Source: Eledone cirrhosa
Taxonomy: Eukaryota
Direction: 5' to 3'
DNA: 64,000 nucleotides
NCBI GenBank assembly: GCA_964016885.1
Contig: OZ024757.1
Span: forward strand, 38,316,001 to 38,380,000
Shown: piece by piece, positions 31,021 through 43,989 of the stretch
Position numbering within the stretch: position 1 is the stretch's first letter
Layout of the letters: every line of letters starts with the position of its first letter
Notes under the pieces: model-generated
The model's database searches: none
Seen by the model: the letters and a program-made list of their open reading frames with translations, nothing else
Told to the model about the DNA's origin: nothing
Program-made: the position numbers and the translations under genes

Positions 31021-31290
31021 CTTTCATTATTATAATTATTCTGTTCCTTTCTTCTTCTCATCATTGTTAGTGATGCATTTTTCTGTTTTTCTTTTCCGAA
31101 GTGTTGTGTTTATATTTACTTTTCTTTTACACATCATCATCACCATCAGTAACATCATCATCCTTAATAACACCATGTTACTCAGCATCCATTACTAGGT
31201 CTCTATTTCCGTTGTTGTCTTCATCAGTATTTCCTGTCACTTCTATTTAATATCACCACAAGGATACACACGTGCGCGCACACACACTAA

Positions 31291-31326
<36 letters not shown>

Positions 31327-31549
31327 GCATATATGTCGTTTCTTCCCTTTTCAATAATATAAATACAGAATCTGACCTAATTAAAATCCGCGATGATTTC
31401 ATACGAGTGTAACGTTTCTAGTCATATCTATATATATATATCTGTCTCTCTCTCTCTATATATATATAGAGGGAGAGGGAGAGAGAGAGGGGTGAGGAAT
31501 GATTTAGAATCATGGTCAGTGCTGCAAAATATGTGAAATCCTTCTTAGC

Positions 31550-31712
31550 ATACCACATTTGTTTAGATATCAATCAGATCAGGGTAGAATCAAAAGGATG
31601 TGGCCAACCCTTTTTCGACATCTCGTCAGATATGTGAGTTATATGTGCAAAAACGCATCGAAACATTGCATTCTTCGAAAGGGCATCACTTGTAACTAAA
31701 TACCGACCTATC

Positions 31713-31716
<4 letters not shown>
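31550..31716 (-). mobile_element. Possible decayed Tc1/mariner transposase fragment
   Basis: The minus strand gives GWPHPFDS and, after a frameshift, PDL, resembling the PHPPYSPDL motif; it ends in TA-CAGG next to (TA)n. Weak. Confidence 0.3.
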
Positions 31717-31754
<38 letters not shown>

Positions 31755-31755
<1 letters not shown>

Positions 31756-31937
31756 TGGTGGCCACTGAAACCCGAATGATATGAAACAAAAATAAGTTTT
31801 AAAAACACATGGCTTTGCTTTTTATTTACAAATATAAGTAATGAATTTTTCAGTATTATGTGTTAAACACGACAAGGGATGCTCTATAACCTGCAAAAAC
31901 AAAAGGATTGTAAACATAACCTTTTTCAGTGACCACC

Positions 31938-31942
<5 letters not shown>
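31755..31942. mobile_element. Small Tc1/mariner-type MITE
   Basis: ggtggccactgaaa pairs with tttcagtgaccaccctg-ta; inserted in (TA)n. Confidence 0.55.
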
Positions 31943-31993
<51 letters not shown>

Positions 31994-32149
31994 TACAGAT
32001 AACTTTCTTTTTATTTGCCACCAGGGCATCAAAAGTGGGACAAGTACAAAGGAGGGAGTTTACATGCAAAGGCGTCCTCAATATGGAGGAGGCAATAACA
32101 AGATATAAAAGTATAAAAATAAAATAAAATATAACAGACAGATATATAT

Positions 32150-32352
32150 TTAATGTAGAAAGGCTACTACAGGACTAGAACTGTTTCATTCTATTCTTAA
32201 CTGTTCTTAACTGTTTGATTCTATTCTTAAATCATCAGGAACCCCTGATGATTTCTCCGGAATGAAACAGTTCTAGTCGTGTAGATTTATATTCTGCTTT
32301 GTATGGAGTACCTTACTTACAGTGGTTAACCCATTGAACCCGGGATAAACTT
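32150..32352 (+). mobile_element. Family A head-to-head hammerhead dimer with tail into (TA)n
   Basis: + CTGATGA(32245-32251)tttctccggaatGAAAcagttctagtcgtgTA. The inverted copy ctacaggactagaactgtttcatt...tcatcagg has a locally duplicated insert in stem II. Confidence 0.8.
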
Positions 32353-32363
32353 ATATATATATA

Positions 32364-32630
32364 TCATCATCATCATCATCATCATCACCGTGTTACGTCC
32401 GTTCTTCCACGCTAGCATGCGTTAGACGGGTTGTCCTGTTGTGGGCAGTGTCTGGTCGGCTGACCATGCCTTGCTTATACAAGAACTGATTTGGCTTGAT
32501 TTCTACAGCTGGATGCCCTTCCTAACACCAACCTCATTTACAGTGAGTGGTGGGTGCTTTTTCGTGGCGCCTACACGTCCACTTTACAGTGTGGGCTGGA
32601 TGCCTTTTTGCCGTGGCACCACCACGACCA
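32364..32630 (-). mobile_element. RTE-type LINE/SINE 3' end with (GAT)n tail
   Basis: (cat)n-acgtccgtt-ctagcatg-gacgg; tttctacagctggatgcccttcctaac; gggtgctttt. Confidence 0.7.
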
Positions 32631-32704
32631 CCTTGCGGTGGGGGGTGTGGGGGCATATTGTCTATATGCTTCAGCGTGTACCCATATATTTATATATATA
32701 TATA

Positions 32705-32924
32705 TATGTAGAAGTTATATTTAATTTGTTGGGATACAAGCAAATATGTTTATATCTGATATAAAGCACTCAAAACATTTTTTGGGTAAAAATACAATAT
32801 ATTAACAAATGGAAACTATATTTATAAAACGATATTTATTTCATTATACATATTTGCTTGAAATATGTATAATGAAATAAATATGGTTTTATAAATATAG
32901 TTTCCATTTGTTAATATATTGTAT
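32705..32924. mobile_element. Fold-back family E (hairpin at 32792-32924 plus unpaired tail) between TA tracts
   Basis: Self-complementary arms; an inverted homolog is at 38929-39157. Confidence 0.75.
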
Positions 32925-33382
32925 ATATATATATATATACCTACACATTTGTGTTGGTGTCTGCTATAATTGTATGTCTACAACGTTGAGAAGACCAGAT
33001 TTCTGATCCACATTATAGCTCTGACATATAAGATTATTTATGTAGATAACTATACGACTACATATTAATGTAGGTAGTTATTTAATACTTCATCTATTTC
33101 CAATAATAGATGTGTATCACCAAATCACGAATCCATTAATACATTAAGGAAAGGGACATCAGAGAGCTTTATAAACTACAAGTTTACGTTATGATATAAA
33201 TTCCAATTCATATGACACTAAAAATCAATGTAATGGTTCGGTTATGTAATTGTAGTGCAAGTAACTTGGTCAGAGAAAGTGTGTTGAAACTAAACTAATT
33301 ATTTTAGTAAGTTTAACAAAATCTGTATCATTCTTTTCTGACAAATGTCGACCCATCCATGTAATCATTATAATTACTGCAA

Positions 33383-33573
33383 GAGCGGTGAATTGGAAGT
33401 ATCAGTAGAGGGTTGGACGCCATGCTTTCTAGCATAGTTACGTCACTTTACGGTTTGAGTTCAAATCCCGTCGAGGTTAACTTTGCCTTTCATCCTTACA
33501 GGAGTCGATAAAATAAAGTACCAGTAATACACTGGGATGATTGCTGGCCTTGTGCCAAAAGTAGAAATAATTA
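33383..33573 (+). mobile_element. SINE family A with 15-bp TSD
   Basis: attataattactgca on both sides. Confidence 0.93.
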
Positions 33574-34198
33574 TAATTACTGCATGGGAGGCTCAAATTT
33601 ACTCAGATATAAGTGACACGGATATTGTTAAACTTAGTTTAAATTTATAAAATTTGGAAAGTGATATAGGTAATGAATCTACACAATGCTAAGGTAAGAT
33701 GAAGGTAGTGGAAACACCTGGTAATATTTAATTTATTATTTATTCGTTGTTATTTCTTTCGTCATAATATTGTGTGATTTAAATTTCCCTTCGTCAGATT
33801 TGAAGGTATTCTCAGATGAAAAATAAAATTGTTCAGGTCTCTACTCTTTGAACGTAGCTTACTTTAGATTTAGATTTTATCTATTAGAGTAAATGTTTTT
33901 GTCATACACTTAATGCCCTGACTACCTTCTGGTTCTTCTTCAGAAATAATGACAATGTGAATGAAAACAGATTCAATCCTCGTCCTGTAGAAGTCATTTC
34001 TATATAAAATATATACATATGTATTCACGCACACACACACATACATATATATATACATATGTGTAGATATAAATATAGATTTATATATATACTTGGAACA
34101 TAATTCGTACTTGCTGTACCAAGAAATTTTCTTCATTCCCCAATCTATCTATCGATCTACTATCTACACACACACACACGCACACGCACACGCACACG

Positions 34199-34259
<61 letters not shown>

Positions 34260-34817
34260 TTCTCATTGCTCTGTCTTGCCTCTCTTTCAATGAGCTCCAA
34301 TTAGAGATTTTGTGATTGTAAAAATGTACGGTTTGGTACATTTCCAAAGTTCTCTGTAGAGAAAGTCACCATCTTACTCAATATTGATTCCAACTGCCAT
34401 TTACATTGAAGGCAACCATCTTTCAATTCTTTTGTACGTTTACCGTTAATTGCTCCACAATATTGGAAAGGTTTCACCTTGGTTTGTTGCGATAGATAAC
34501 GTTATTGCATTGCTTACCTGAATTACTACTACTACTACTACTACTACTACTAATACTACTGCTGCTGCTGCTGCTTCTACGACTACTAATACTATTGCTT
34601 CTGCTGCTACTACTATTACTACTACTCCTCTTCTTCTTAGTGGTAGTGATAGTAGGAGGGGAACCGGCGGTGCTACTACTATTAACACTTTTATTAAGTA
34701 TAAGTATATTTATAAAAGGATGTACGTATATATATATATATATACATATATATGAGAGGGAGAGATTCATATCTACATACTTGCGTTGTATCTATATATA
34801 TATATATATATATGCGT

Positions 34818-35486
34818 TACTTCCACTCGTGTAGGACACCTCGGTTATTTTTCATTTTGTAAAAAAAACCTCACTTTCTAATATATATATATATATATAC
34901 TTATATTCAAAACAATGAACAGCGGAGGACACGTTTCGCATCTTTTCGACAGACCCCCCCCCCCCCTGGAAACCCCCACCCAATTTGATGGATGTGAATC
35001 CGAAATATATAGGGACAATTAAATCTCTCCCAAGGTAACTCTATCTCGTGTTATTATTTTTATTTGTTACGCTCTTTCCTACGTTCCTCTACACTTTATA
35101 CATCTCATTCTACATTCCCTTACATCTCTCTCTCTCCATCACCGGATCTTGTTACCCGGAGAATTACCGATCTGCATTGTTGAGGCTTCCAAAACGACCT
35201 AAAGAAAATATATACTTATATATATAGAGAGATAAATGTATATATATATATATATATAAATGAAAATTAGAGTTAATAACTCTTATTGAAACCCTGTAAT
35301 TATTAAGCTCCAAGTATAAACTACTGAGTATTATAACAATAATATATATGCAGTAAGAAACACAGTAAACAGGGTGTCTAATATTACAAGGGTTGAAAGA
35401 CCACCTTTGTTTGAAAATGTGGTCTTTCAACCCTCGTAATATTAGACACACGGTTTACTGTGTTTCTTACTGCATATATATTATTG

Positions 35487-35562
<76 letters not shown>

Positions 35563-35619
35563 GTGAGTTTTTTTTTACAAAATGAAAAATAACCGAGGTG
35601 TCCTACACGAGTGGAAGTA
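34818..35619. repeat. Nested inverted repeats: outer ~65-bp arms and an inner hairpin at 35331-35491
   Basis: tacttccactcgtgtaggacacctcggttatttttcattttg pairs with caaaatgaaaaataaccgaggtgtcctacacgagtggaagta. The inner hairpin is related to ~21950-22185. Confidence 0.85.
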
Positions 35620-35747
35620 TAAAGAAAAAGAGATGAAATCGAAAATGCAACTGGAGTCTTATTTAAAAAAAAAATATATATATTTATTTGGTTCCTTTAC
35701 CGGTTTCGCAGTTCTTCTGCTTTTCAAAAGGTGAGTTGAGATGGAGG

Positions 35748-35792
<45 letters not shown>

Positions 35793-35802
35793 CACAACCA
35801 AA

Positions 35803-35956
35803 AGAGTGTTGGTAGTAGTAGTAGTGGTGCTATTGAAGGTAACATTGCTGTTGGTGCTGTGGTAGATTGTGAGAGTGTTGGTAGTAGTAGTAGTAGTAGT
35901 AGTGGTGCTATTGAAGGTAACATTGCTGTTGGTGCTGTGGTAGATTGTGAGAGTGT

Positions 35957-35994
<38 letters not shown>

Positions 35995-36118
35995 CTATTG
36001 AAGGTAACATTGCTGTTGGTGCTGTGGTAGATTGTGAGAGTGTTGGTGGTAGTAGTAGTAGTAGTGGTGCTATTGAAGGTAACATTGCTGTTGGTGCTGT
36101 GGTAGATTGTGAGAGTGT

Positions 36119-36162
<44 letters not shown>

Positions 36163-36213
36163 CTATTGAAGGTAACATTGCTGTTGGTGCTGTGGTAGAT
36201 TGTGAGAGTGTTG
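35803..36213. repeat. Minisatellite: 5 identical 55-bp cores separated by variable (AGT)n
   Basis: Core ggtgctattgaaggtaacattgctgttggtgctgtggtagattgtgagagtgttg. Confidence 0.95.
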
Positions 36214-36887
36214 CGAAAAGTATGTTCACATTTTTGTAGTGACGACTGCAATGACATCCAATTTAATGCAGTTGGAGCGTTTAAGTACACGTCTTGCTGT
36301 TGCTGTTTTTGTTGCTGTTGCTGCTGTTGCAGTAGTAGTAGTAGCATCAGTAGTATTAGTAGTAGTAGCAGTAGTAGTAGTAGTATACAGGCATATGTAC
36401 AGTTTAATAGTACGTAATTTACATGAATCTTTTTCCGGTTGCGTACACAGGGATGAGTAATGTTATTAAAAGCCACTTAAGCGATGCAAACATGGAGGTA
36501 AATGTAGATATCAATACAATCACATTTAAATATTCAACAGGCCCTAATCGTAAGGAGAAACATTTTAAATAGCAATAAGTTAACTGAAAATAACATGAGT
36601 AGAATTTTGATATGTGCAGAGAAGCAGAATTGTTACAAGTAGGTATGGAATGTTATTATGCAATAAAGGAAGAATATGATGCATTTGCGAAAAAATTAGG
36701 ATGGGTTCCTACGAAATAGGGATATGAGAAACGTAACGTTAGTTTTATGTTATTATAAAACATTGGTTTAGATACACTCTCTCCAGAACATATAGGTGTA
36801 TTCATATTCCTGAACACCGATTCAGTAATATATTTTCAGTGGAACCTTTGGAGTTAGTAAACAGACACACCCTTTATTATATAGAGG

Positions 36888-36950
36888 AAAAGAGTCAGGA
36901 CCCCGCCGGCATGGCTCAAGCCGTCTTGACGGCTATTTCTGGACTGAATT
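36888..36950 (-). mobile_element. Family C fragment (degenerate HHR 3' half)
   Basis: Reverse complement attcagtccagaaatagccgtcaagacggcttgagccatgccggcggggtcc. Confidence 0.65.
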
Positions 36951-37241
36951 ATATATTTTTATTTTAATTATATCTCATATAAAATAATACAACTGGCTTT
37001 CCACAAAATACATATAGTTAGCACCCCAAACACAAAATTGTGATTATACTAACGTATATCCTAATGTTTGTTGAGTGAGATGGTAGCCAGTCAGAGTTTA
37101 GCTTAAAGCTTTCTCTGTTATTGTATTAAATATATATATATATATATTATATGATTCGTTTTTTAATATGTTTTGCGAGATTTCGTATCTGATAATGTGT
37201 GTTGAAACATATGTTGTTATATTTTGACCCCCCCAATGTAT

Positions 37242-37288
<47 letters not shown>

Positions 37289-37453
37289 ATAACAATATAT
37301 CGTTAAAGGTAATCCGATAAGAGGTTGTGAAAACTACTTATGGATAGTTTAAGCGTACGGCGTTGTGTGACTCAACAAGAGGTTTACGTGGATGGCGAGT
37401 TAATGACTTCACTTGTATTCCTATGTAAGTATATCTTGGAGTGATAACATTGT

Positions 37454-37650
37454 AAAAGTGAAGAATAACATGGTCAACAGTACACACAAGGACATTTATT
37501 TACAGTCTAACAATTGTTTCTATGATAGAGATGTCGTGCCACTACCTTCAGTGTTTAGCAATTTCTAGACATCTCTATCATAGAAAGAATTGTTAGACTC
37601 TAAATAAATGTCCTTGTTTGTATAGTTGACCATGTTATTCTTCACTTTTT
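37454..37650. repeat. Fold-back element with ~80-bp arms and a hammerhead-like remnant
   Basis: The arms pair. The minus strand reads ctgaagg...GAAACaattGTT. Confidence 0.8.
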
Positions 37651-37651
37651 C

Positions 37652-37682
<31 letters not shown>

Positions 37683-37709
37683 CCAATTTTAGTACAGCAT
37701 TAACGAAGC

Positions 37710-37807
37710 TTTAGTTTGCAGCCAAGCGAACGAATGCAAGTTCGGTATGTAGCTTTAGCACTCGGTATGTAGCTTTTGCACTCGTTCGCTTGGCCGCAAA
37801 CTAAAGT
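37710..37807. repeat. Fold-back element with ~30-bp arms and an internal direct repeat
   Basis: ctttagtttgcagccaagcgaacgaatgcaa pairs with ttgcactcgttcgcttggccgcaaactaaag; tcggtatgtagcttt occurs twice. Confidence 0.85.
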
Positions 37808-37939
37808 AATAAGAATACGTTTGGACAGCTTAGCAAATCAAATATAGCGATCGGCAGTCCAGCCGCATTACCACAGCAACGAGAATGGTTGGACTCAGGA
37901 ATAGATATATAATCAGAGAGGATGCAGTAAAGTCCTGTT

Positions 37940-38115
37940 AGACCATTACTCACCAGAATACTCCATACTTGGGGTAGTAGAATGGGTTATATGAGGGTTC
38001 GTGATCCCGACTGCTGAGCTTCTGCCTTTTGAAAAGCTAGCTCCCGACTCGTTATAATATACCCATAATCTACTACACCAAATATCGAATTCTCTCTTGA
38101 GTAATATTCTAACCA
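37940..38115. mobile_element. Diverged family C head-to-head pair
   Basis: The minus arm matches ~3305-3392; the + arm is cccgactc...tctactacaccaaatatcga...gagtaata. Confidence 0.6.
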
Positions 38116-38476
38116 CTTTCAACGTGGTTTTGTCCTGATATATATATATATGTATATATATATGTGTGTGTGTGTACCCATTACTACCATAGAGGTCCGA
38201 TGAGCTTTTGATTCCAGCGTCGGGCTAAATTGATACAGATCAAACCTTGAGCTGATCAGTTGCGAAACGTGCGTCACCAACAAATAAACGTAGTGAAACA
38301 GTAACCATTCGTCCTTATATATATATATAAATACGTCAATACTCATCTTTTTCCATTTCTCCGAGGGTTCTTAACCACACTATCAGGGTAAATAACTTCT
38401 TTAGTCAAAATATGGCGGTAGCTTACATTTATAATAATTTCAAACCCGGCCGCTGTTTCGAAAATATTCTTACTTG

Positions 38477-38508
<32 letters not shown>

Positions 38509-38928
38509 AAGAGGGATAATTCTTCCATAAACCGCTAGTCCCGAAGGCCTTGTTAAGATGTATTGTTTCGAGACCTCATTTGTTTGACTACAACTAGAAA
38601 GCAAAGTTCAATAACACCTTCATACTCTACATATAAACTAGATGAAATTAATTTAAGTCCATTCACATAATTACATTAGTTTGTACTTATCCTTTAACGT
38701 GTAGATTTAGTTGAAAGCTACAAGTGTAGAGTCACGTGTACTGTTCCAATACTTGATATAATTGAATATTAAATAAGCAAAGATGAGTTGCATCTTCTAT
38801 GGTTTGATCGAAAACGGACAGGTCTGGACTTACTTCTTCTAATGTCTCCACTATCTATTTTCCTCCTTCTCTACATCTACTTCCTTTCTGTGACACTCTA
38901 TTTCTCTCTCTCTCTCTCTCTCTACATA

Positions 38929-39157
38929 CAATGATATTAAATAAATGGTAACTATATTTATAAAACCATATTTATTTTTTTATTATACATATTTCAAGGG
39001 CAAAATATATATAATAAAATAAATATGGTTTTATAAATATAGTTTCCATTTATTTAATATCATTGAATATTTACTCCAGTAACTTGTTGAGTGCTCTAAA
39101 TCAGTTATAAACATTTATATTTGTCGCACTTCCAACAAATTAAATACCACTTCTACT
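38929..39157. mobile_element. Fold-back family E copy
   Basis: Hairpin at 38929-39065 plus a tail homologous to 32705-32790 (inverted). Confidence 0.75.
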
Positions 39158-39528
39158 TATATATATATATATAAATACCTAAATATATTATACAATTATC
39201 AAAGTTGTGTTCACATCATTTAATAGCTGACAATCGTTTCTTCCAAATTCTCGTTTGGAGTTATCGGAGCATTATCAATGTTTGCACATATAATTAACCT
39301 CCTATTCAACTGAACAATTATGTAGATACATATAAATTGATGTTGTGAGCAACAGTTTCGTATTTACAGGGTGGAATGGATGTGACATATATTTTGCGAG
39401 AATTGTACAATAATTGTACAAACATTCAAGTTCAAATTCGAAATTAAAATTAAAATTAAATTAAAATCAAAAGCACGGAGTGGAATACATGCAACAGTTA
39501 AAACAAGGGAATAGTCCAAATATTAAAG

Positions 39529-39728
39529 AGACACAGAGAGAGAGATACTGACACACATTTTTATATATGAATGTATATATAAAATTATTTTATATATATA
39601 TAAATAATAATTTTATATATACATTCATATATAAAAATTATTTTATAGATATATATATATATATAATAATAATTTTATATATACATTCATATATAAAAAT
39701 GTGTGTCGGTATCTCTCTGTCTGTGTCA
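39529..39728. repeat. AT-rich fold-back
   Basis: gagatactgacacacatttttatatatgaatg pairs with cattcatatataaaaatgtgtgtcggtatctc. Confidence 0.8.
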
Positions 39729-39894
39729 ATTCACTCAGGACTTCCAGCGATTTCATGACGAAAACACTTGTATATATATATATATATGAATACGGGAATC
39801 TACAGGTCTGTTAAGTCTATATAAAAATACTTAGCCGTTATTGTTATGCATGTATATCTCGTTAAGCTTGTGTGTATATAATTATTTATAATAA

Positions 39895-40002
39895 TAATTT
39901 TTTCTACTTTAGGCACAAGGCCAGCAATTAACCAGTGCATTACTGGTACTTTATTTTATCGACCCCGTAAAGATGGAAAGCAAAGTTAACCTCGGCGGGA
40001 TT
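39895..40002 (-). mobile_element. SINE family A, 3' half (paralogous copies at 46592-46703 and 51955-52065)
   Basis: Consensus match at the same position within the duplicated units. Confidence 0.88.
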
Positions 40003-40362
40003 ATAATAATAATAATAATATTATGTATAGTTATATATAATCTATAAATAATACAACTATATACAGGAAAGGTCAGTAATTCATTACTACCTTATTACCA
40101 GTAAGAAAAATTTATATAATTATTTATAATAATGTTGTCCCCCTCAATTTAACATAACTACTACTATTGAATTAACATTATTATTATTATTACTATATTC
40201 ACACGCTCCTTATCCTTAACACTGGCTGTGGCTTTCCTCTTAGATGTGAGATACACGGTTTGTTTACTAATCAACATTTACTGGAGGGTTTAGTGATGTG
40301 CTGGCGGGACATCGGGTGGAATGCTTAGTGGTAACTTGAGGTCTCCGTACACCTGTGAACCC

Positions 40363-40405
<43 letters not shown>

Positions 40406-40489
40406 GTTTATCCCGGGTTCAATCGGCAGGTAAGCACAGTAAGCATAGCAGAGTATAGATATTTAATATATAATATTTAATATAGAAAT

Positions 40490-40541
40490 GACTTCTACAG
40501 GACTAGAACTGTTTCATTCGGAAGAAATCATCAGAAAAGCC
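40490..40541 (-). ncRNA. Type I hammerhead, family A (inside fold-back element ~40405-40585)
   Basis: Reverse complement ggctttt-CTGATGA-tttcttccgaat-GAAA-cagttctagtcctg-TA^gaagtc. A decayed inverted partner lies at 40543-40580. Confidence 0.7.
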
Positions 40542-41328
40542 CTTGATTTCTTCCGAATGATATAGTTTTAGTCCTGTAGAGCCCATATATATATAGACAG
40601 TCGGCCGGAGGAAACAATGGTTCCATTGGTATTTTCAATTGCTAATAGTATCTATTGGTCGATACTCCAGGTAGAAGTAAATATATATGTATATATGAAA
40701 TCGCCCATGTTGGGAAACCCTGGGGTAAGCTAAGTACAGGTAGTATGGGGTTAACTGTGTTTAAATAATCACCATCTCCTCACTTCCGTTTGTCCATAGA
40801 GTGTATTGTAAATATTACATAACAACCTTAGTATTTAATATGGACATGAAAATATAATTGTTAATACAGAAATTGAATTGTGATTGTCTTTGTGAATGTG
40901 TTGGAAATCATTTTATTAATTTATTATACAAATTATGTTTATTCCAGGTGTTTAGAGAGATGTCCCGCTGTCCACGGAAACAAAATAATGCAATAAGGAA
41001 ATGCCATCATCCAGTAAAACTTGGTGATAATCCAGTCTCGTCACAGTCGCCATTTACAATAAAACGTGGTAATAACCCAGTCTCGTCACAGTCGCCATTT
41101 ACAGTAAACAATGGTAAGATCAACCAAAAACAAGTGAAGTGACTACATAAAATAAAAAAAAGCATTACTGAATAAAATTGATTTTTTTTACTTTCATTAA
41201 ATTGTTTCTTTACTTTCTTTCATAAAACACAATTATTAATAAAAATTAAGCACAGCATTGTAGATTCAAATCTTACTTTTATGTATATATAGGAATCACG
41301 TTTACCAATTTACGGGTACGACGTACTA

Positions 41329-42324
41329 AGCTGGAATGACGTATAACACTATTGCAGACGGAGTCGTTGTAGGTTCAAACGAAGCCTAGAGCAATGAGAA
41401 ATAAAGTCTAGATTTACTTTATGAATTCATCCCCCGAGGGGGATGAATTCAAAGTCTTCCCGAAAAAGTCATGAACGCCACTACATCGAGTTTTCTACAG
41501 AACAAAATGTAGGTTTATAAATATCAATTTTCACTCCGAATTCGTACAGGCTCTCTGGTCTGGTGGTAGGTATTAGAAAACGGTGAAAGTCCTGGTCAGG
41601 GGTTCTACACTTTGGGTATTAGTAATGTTTAGTTTACCACTTCTAAAATAAAAAAAAAATAGAAAGTAAGTTTATAAATATTAATTTTCACTACGATTTC
41701 GTACAGTCTCTCTGGCCCAATGGTAGGTGTTAGAGACAGTGGTGATTCTGGTCTGGGGTTCAATCTCTGTCAGGTTCTATACTAAATACCTCGTACTAAG
41801 TTTTTGTTTTAATAACAAAAAATTGAAAAAGTAGGTTTATAAATATTAATTTTCAGTGTGCTTTTGTAACTCACTTGGTGGTCTAGTGGTATGTATTAGA
41901 GCTGGTGGAGATCATGGTCTGGGGTTCGAATTCTATCAGAAATCTCCCATGTTTATTTCTTTTATTTTTTGAAAAAATAAAAATAAAAATAAAAATAAAA
42001 ATTAAAATTACCAAGTGTTACTTGACTGAGATTGAACCACAGACCAGTCCCTCCGCAGTCTCAACAACTACCAGTAAGCCACAGAGACAGCTTCAAAAAT
42101 ACTATGAAAATTAATATTCATAAACCTACTTTCTATTTAATAGAAAAATTGATGTAGTGGCGTTTATGGCATTCCCAATCATTAATACTTCAAACGATTT
42201 CGCTTCGACTTTATTCTTCTTGAGATTTCATAAAATATACCTCCATATAGTTTATTTCTCTAGGGTTGATTTCATCCTACAACCTGATGATCTGTAGGGA
42301 CGTTCATCAATGGTCATACCAGAT
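41329..42324. mobile_element. ~1-kb non-autonomous TIR element containing four tRNA-like (A-box/B-box) units
   Basis: Degenerate long TIRs: agctggaatgac/gtcataccagat; gttgtagg/cctacaac; catgaacgccactacatc/gatgtagtggcgtttatg; TA flanks. Units at ~41550, ~41706, ~41870 (+) and ~42020-42090 (-). Confidence 0.75.
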
Positions 42325-42330
42325 TATGGT

Positions 42331-43420
<1,090 letters not shown>

Positions 43421-43764
43421 TAGATTTGATCCTATAATGGTTTTCAATTCCGTCTTCGCTCAATCCTTGCTCTGTATATAAATGTATATGTGATATTAAG
43501 GTACAACGACAATATATATCTCTTTTTATTTGATAATAATTAGATAAAACTAATTTTGAAATCCCTGATAAACATTGAAACCACTACTATAAAACATAAC
43601 AACCACGATATAACAGTCTCTGTTTAAATATAATTTATGAAATTATTGGTAGAGATTGATCCCTCATATTATATCTCACTCCTTAAGCTGGGAGAAAATG
43701 TCCTAGGAATCGGACAATATTGATAAGGAGAGCCATACTTGGTAAGTCTTTCCAGTTAACAAAG

Positions 43765-43797
43765 TATATAAAAGGCAGTAAGAGGTGACCATCATTT
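43765..43797 (+). promoter_or_regulatory. Candidate Pol II core promoter (TATA + Inr); copies at 49596, 57827 and 58896
   Basis: TATATAAAAG followed 27-29 nt later by TCATTT (Inr-like). No expression evidence, and AT-rich DNA gives chance matches. Confidence 0.35.
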
Positions 43798-43989
43798 AAC
43801 ACGTGATGCTCAGTATTGTTGAGTAGTTGTCACTCCTGCGAACGACGTTGTCAGTTAATCTTCTATAGCGAGAGAAGAAGGTCGTGGTTTCTTTCTCCTA
43901 TCATATAACACATACATTTGTCATCCTTCAGATATCAATATACAAGAGAAAGAAGAACTTCAATCTTTTAAAAGTAACATTTATTACAT

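Noticed and set aside
35803-36213. CRISPR-like repeat-spacer pattern
   Set aside because: The spacers are only (AGT)n, the repeat is 55 bp, the context is eukaryotic and there are no cas genes.
41550-42090. Functional tRNA gene cluster
   Set aside because: A/B-box-like motifs are present, but there is no consistent acceptor stem or anticodon arm.
42276-42324. CTGATGA as a hammerhead core or C/D snoRNA box
   Set aside because: There is no downstream GAAA or stem III, the C-to-D distance is too short, and it is part of the element's TIR.
43688-43747. Small exon ending at a GT/GC donor (MSSESDNIDKESLY...)
   Set aside because: Copy 1 has a stop, copy 2 has a frameshift and copy 4 has lost the ATG.
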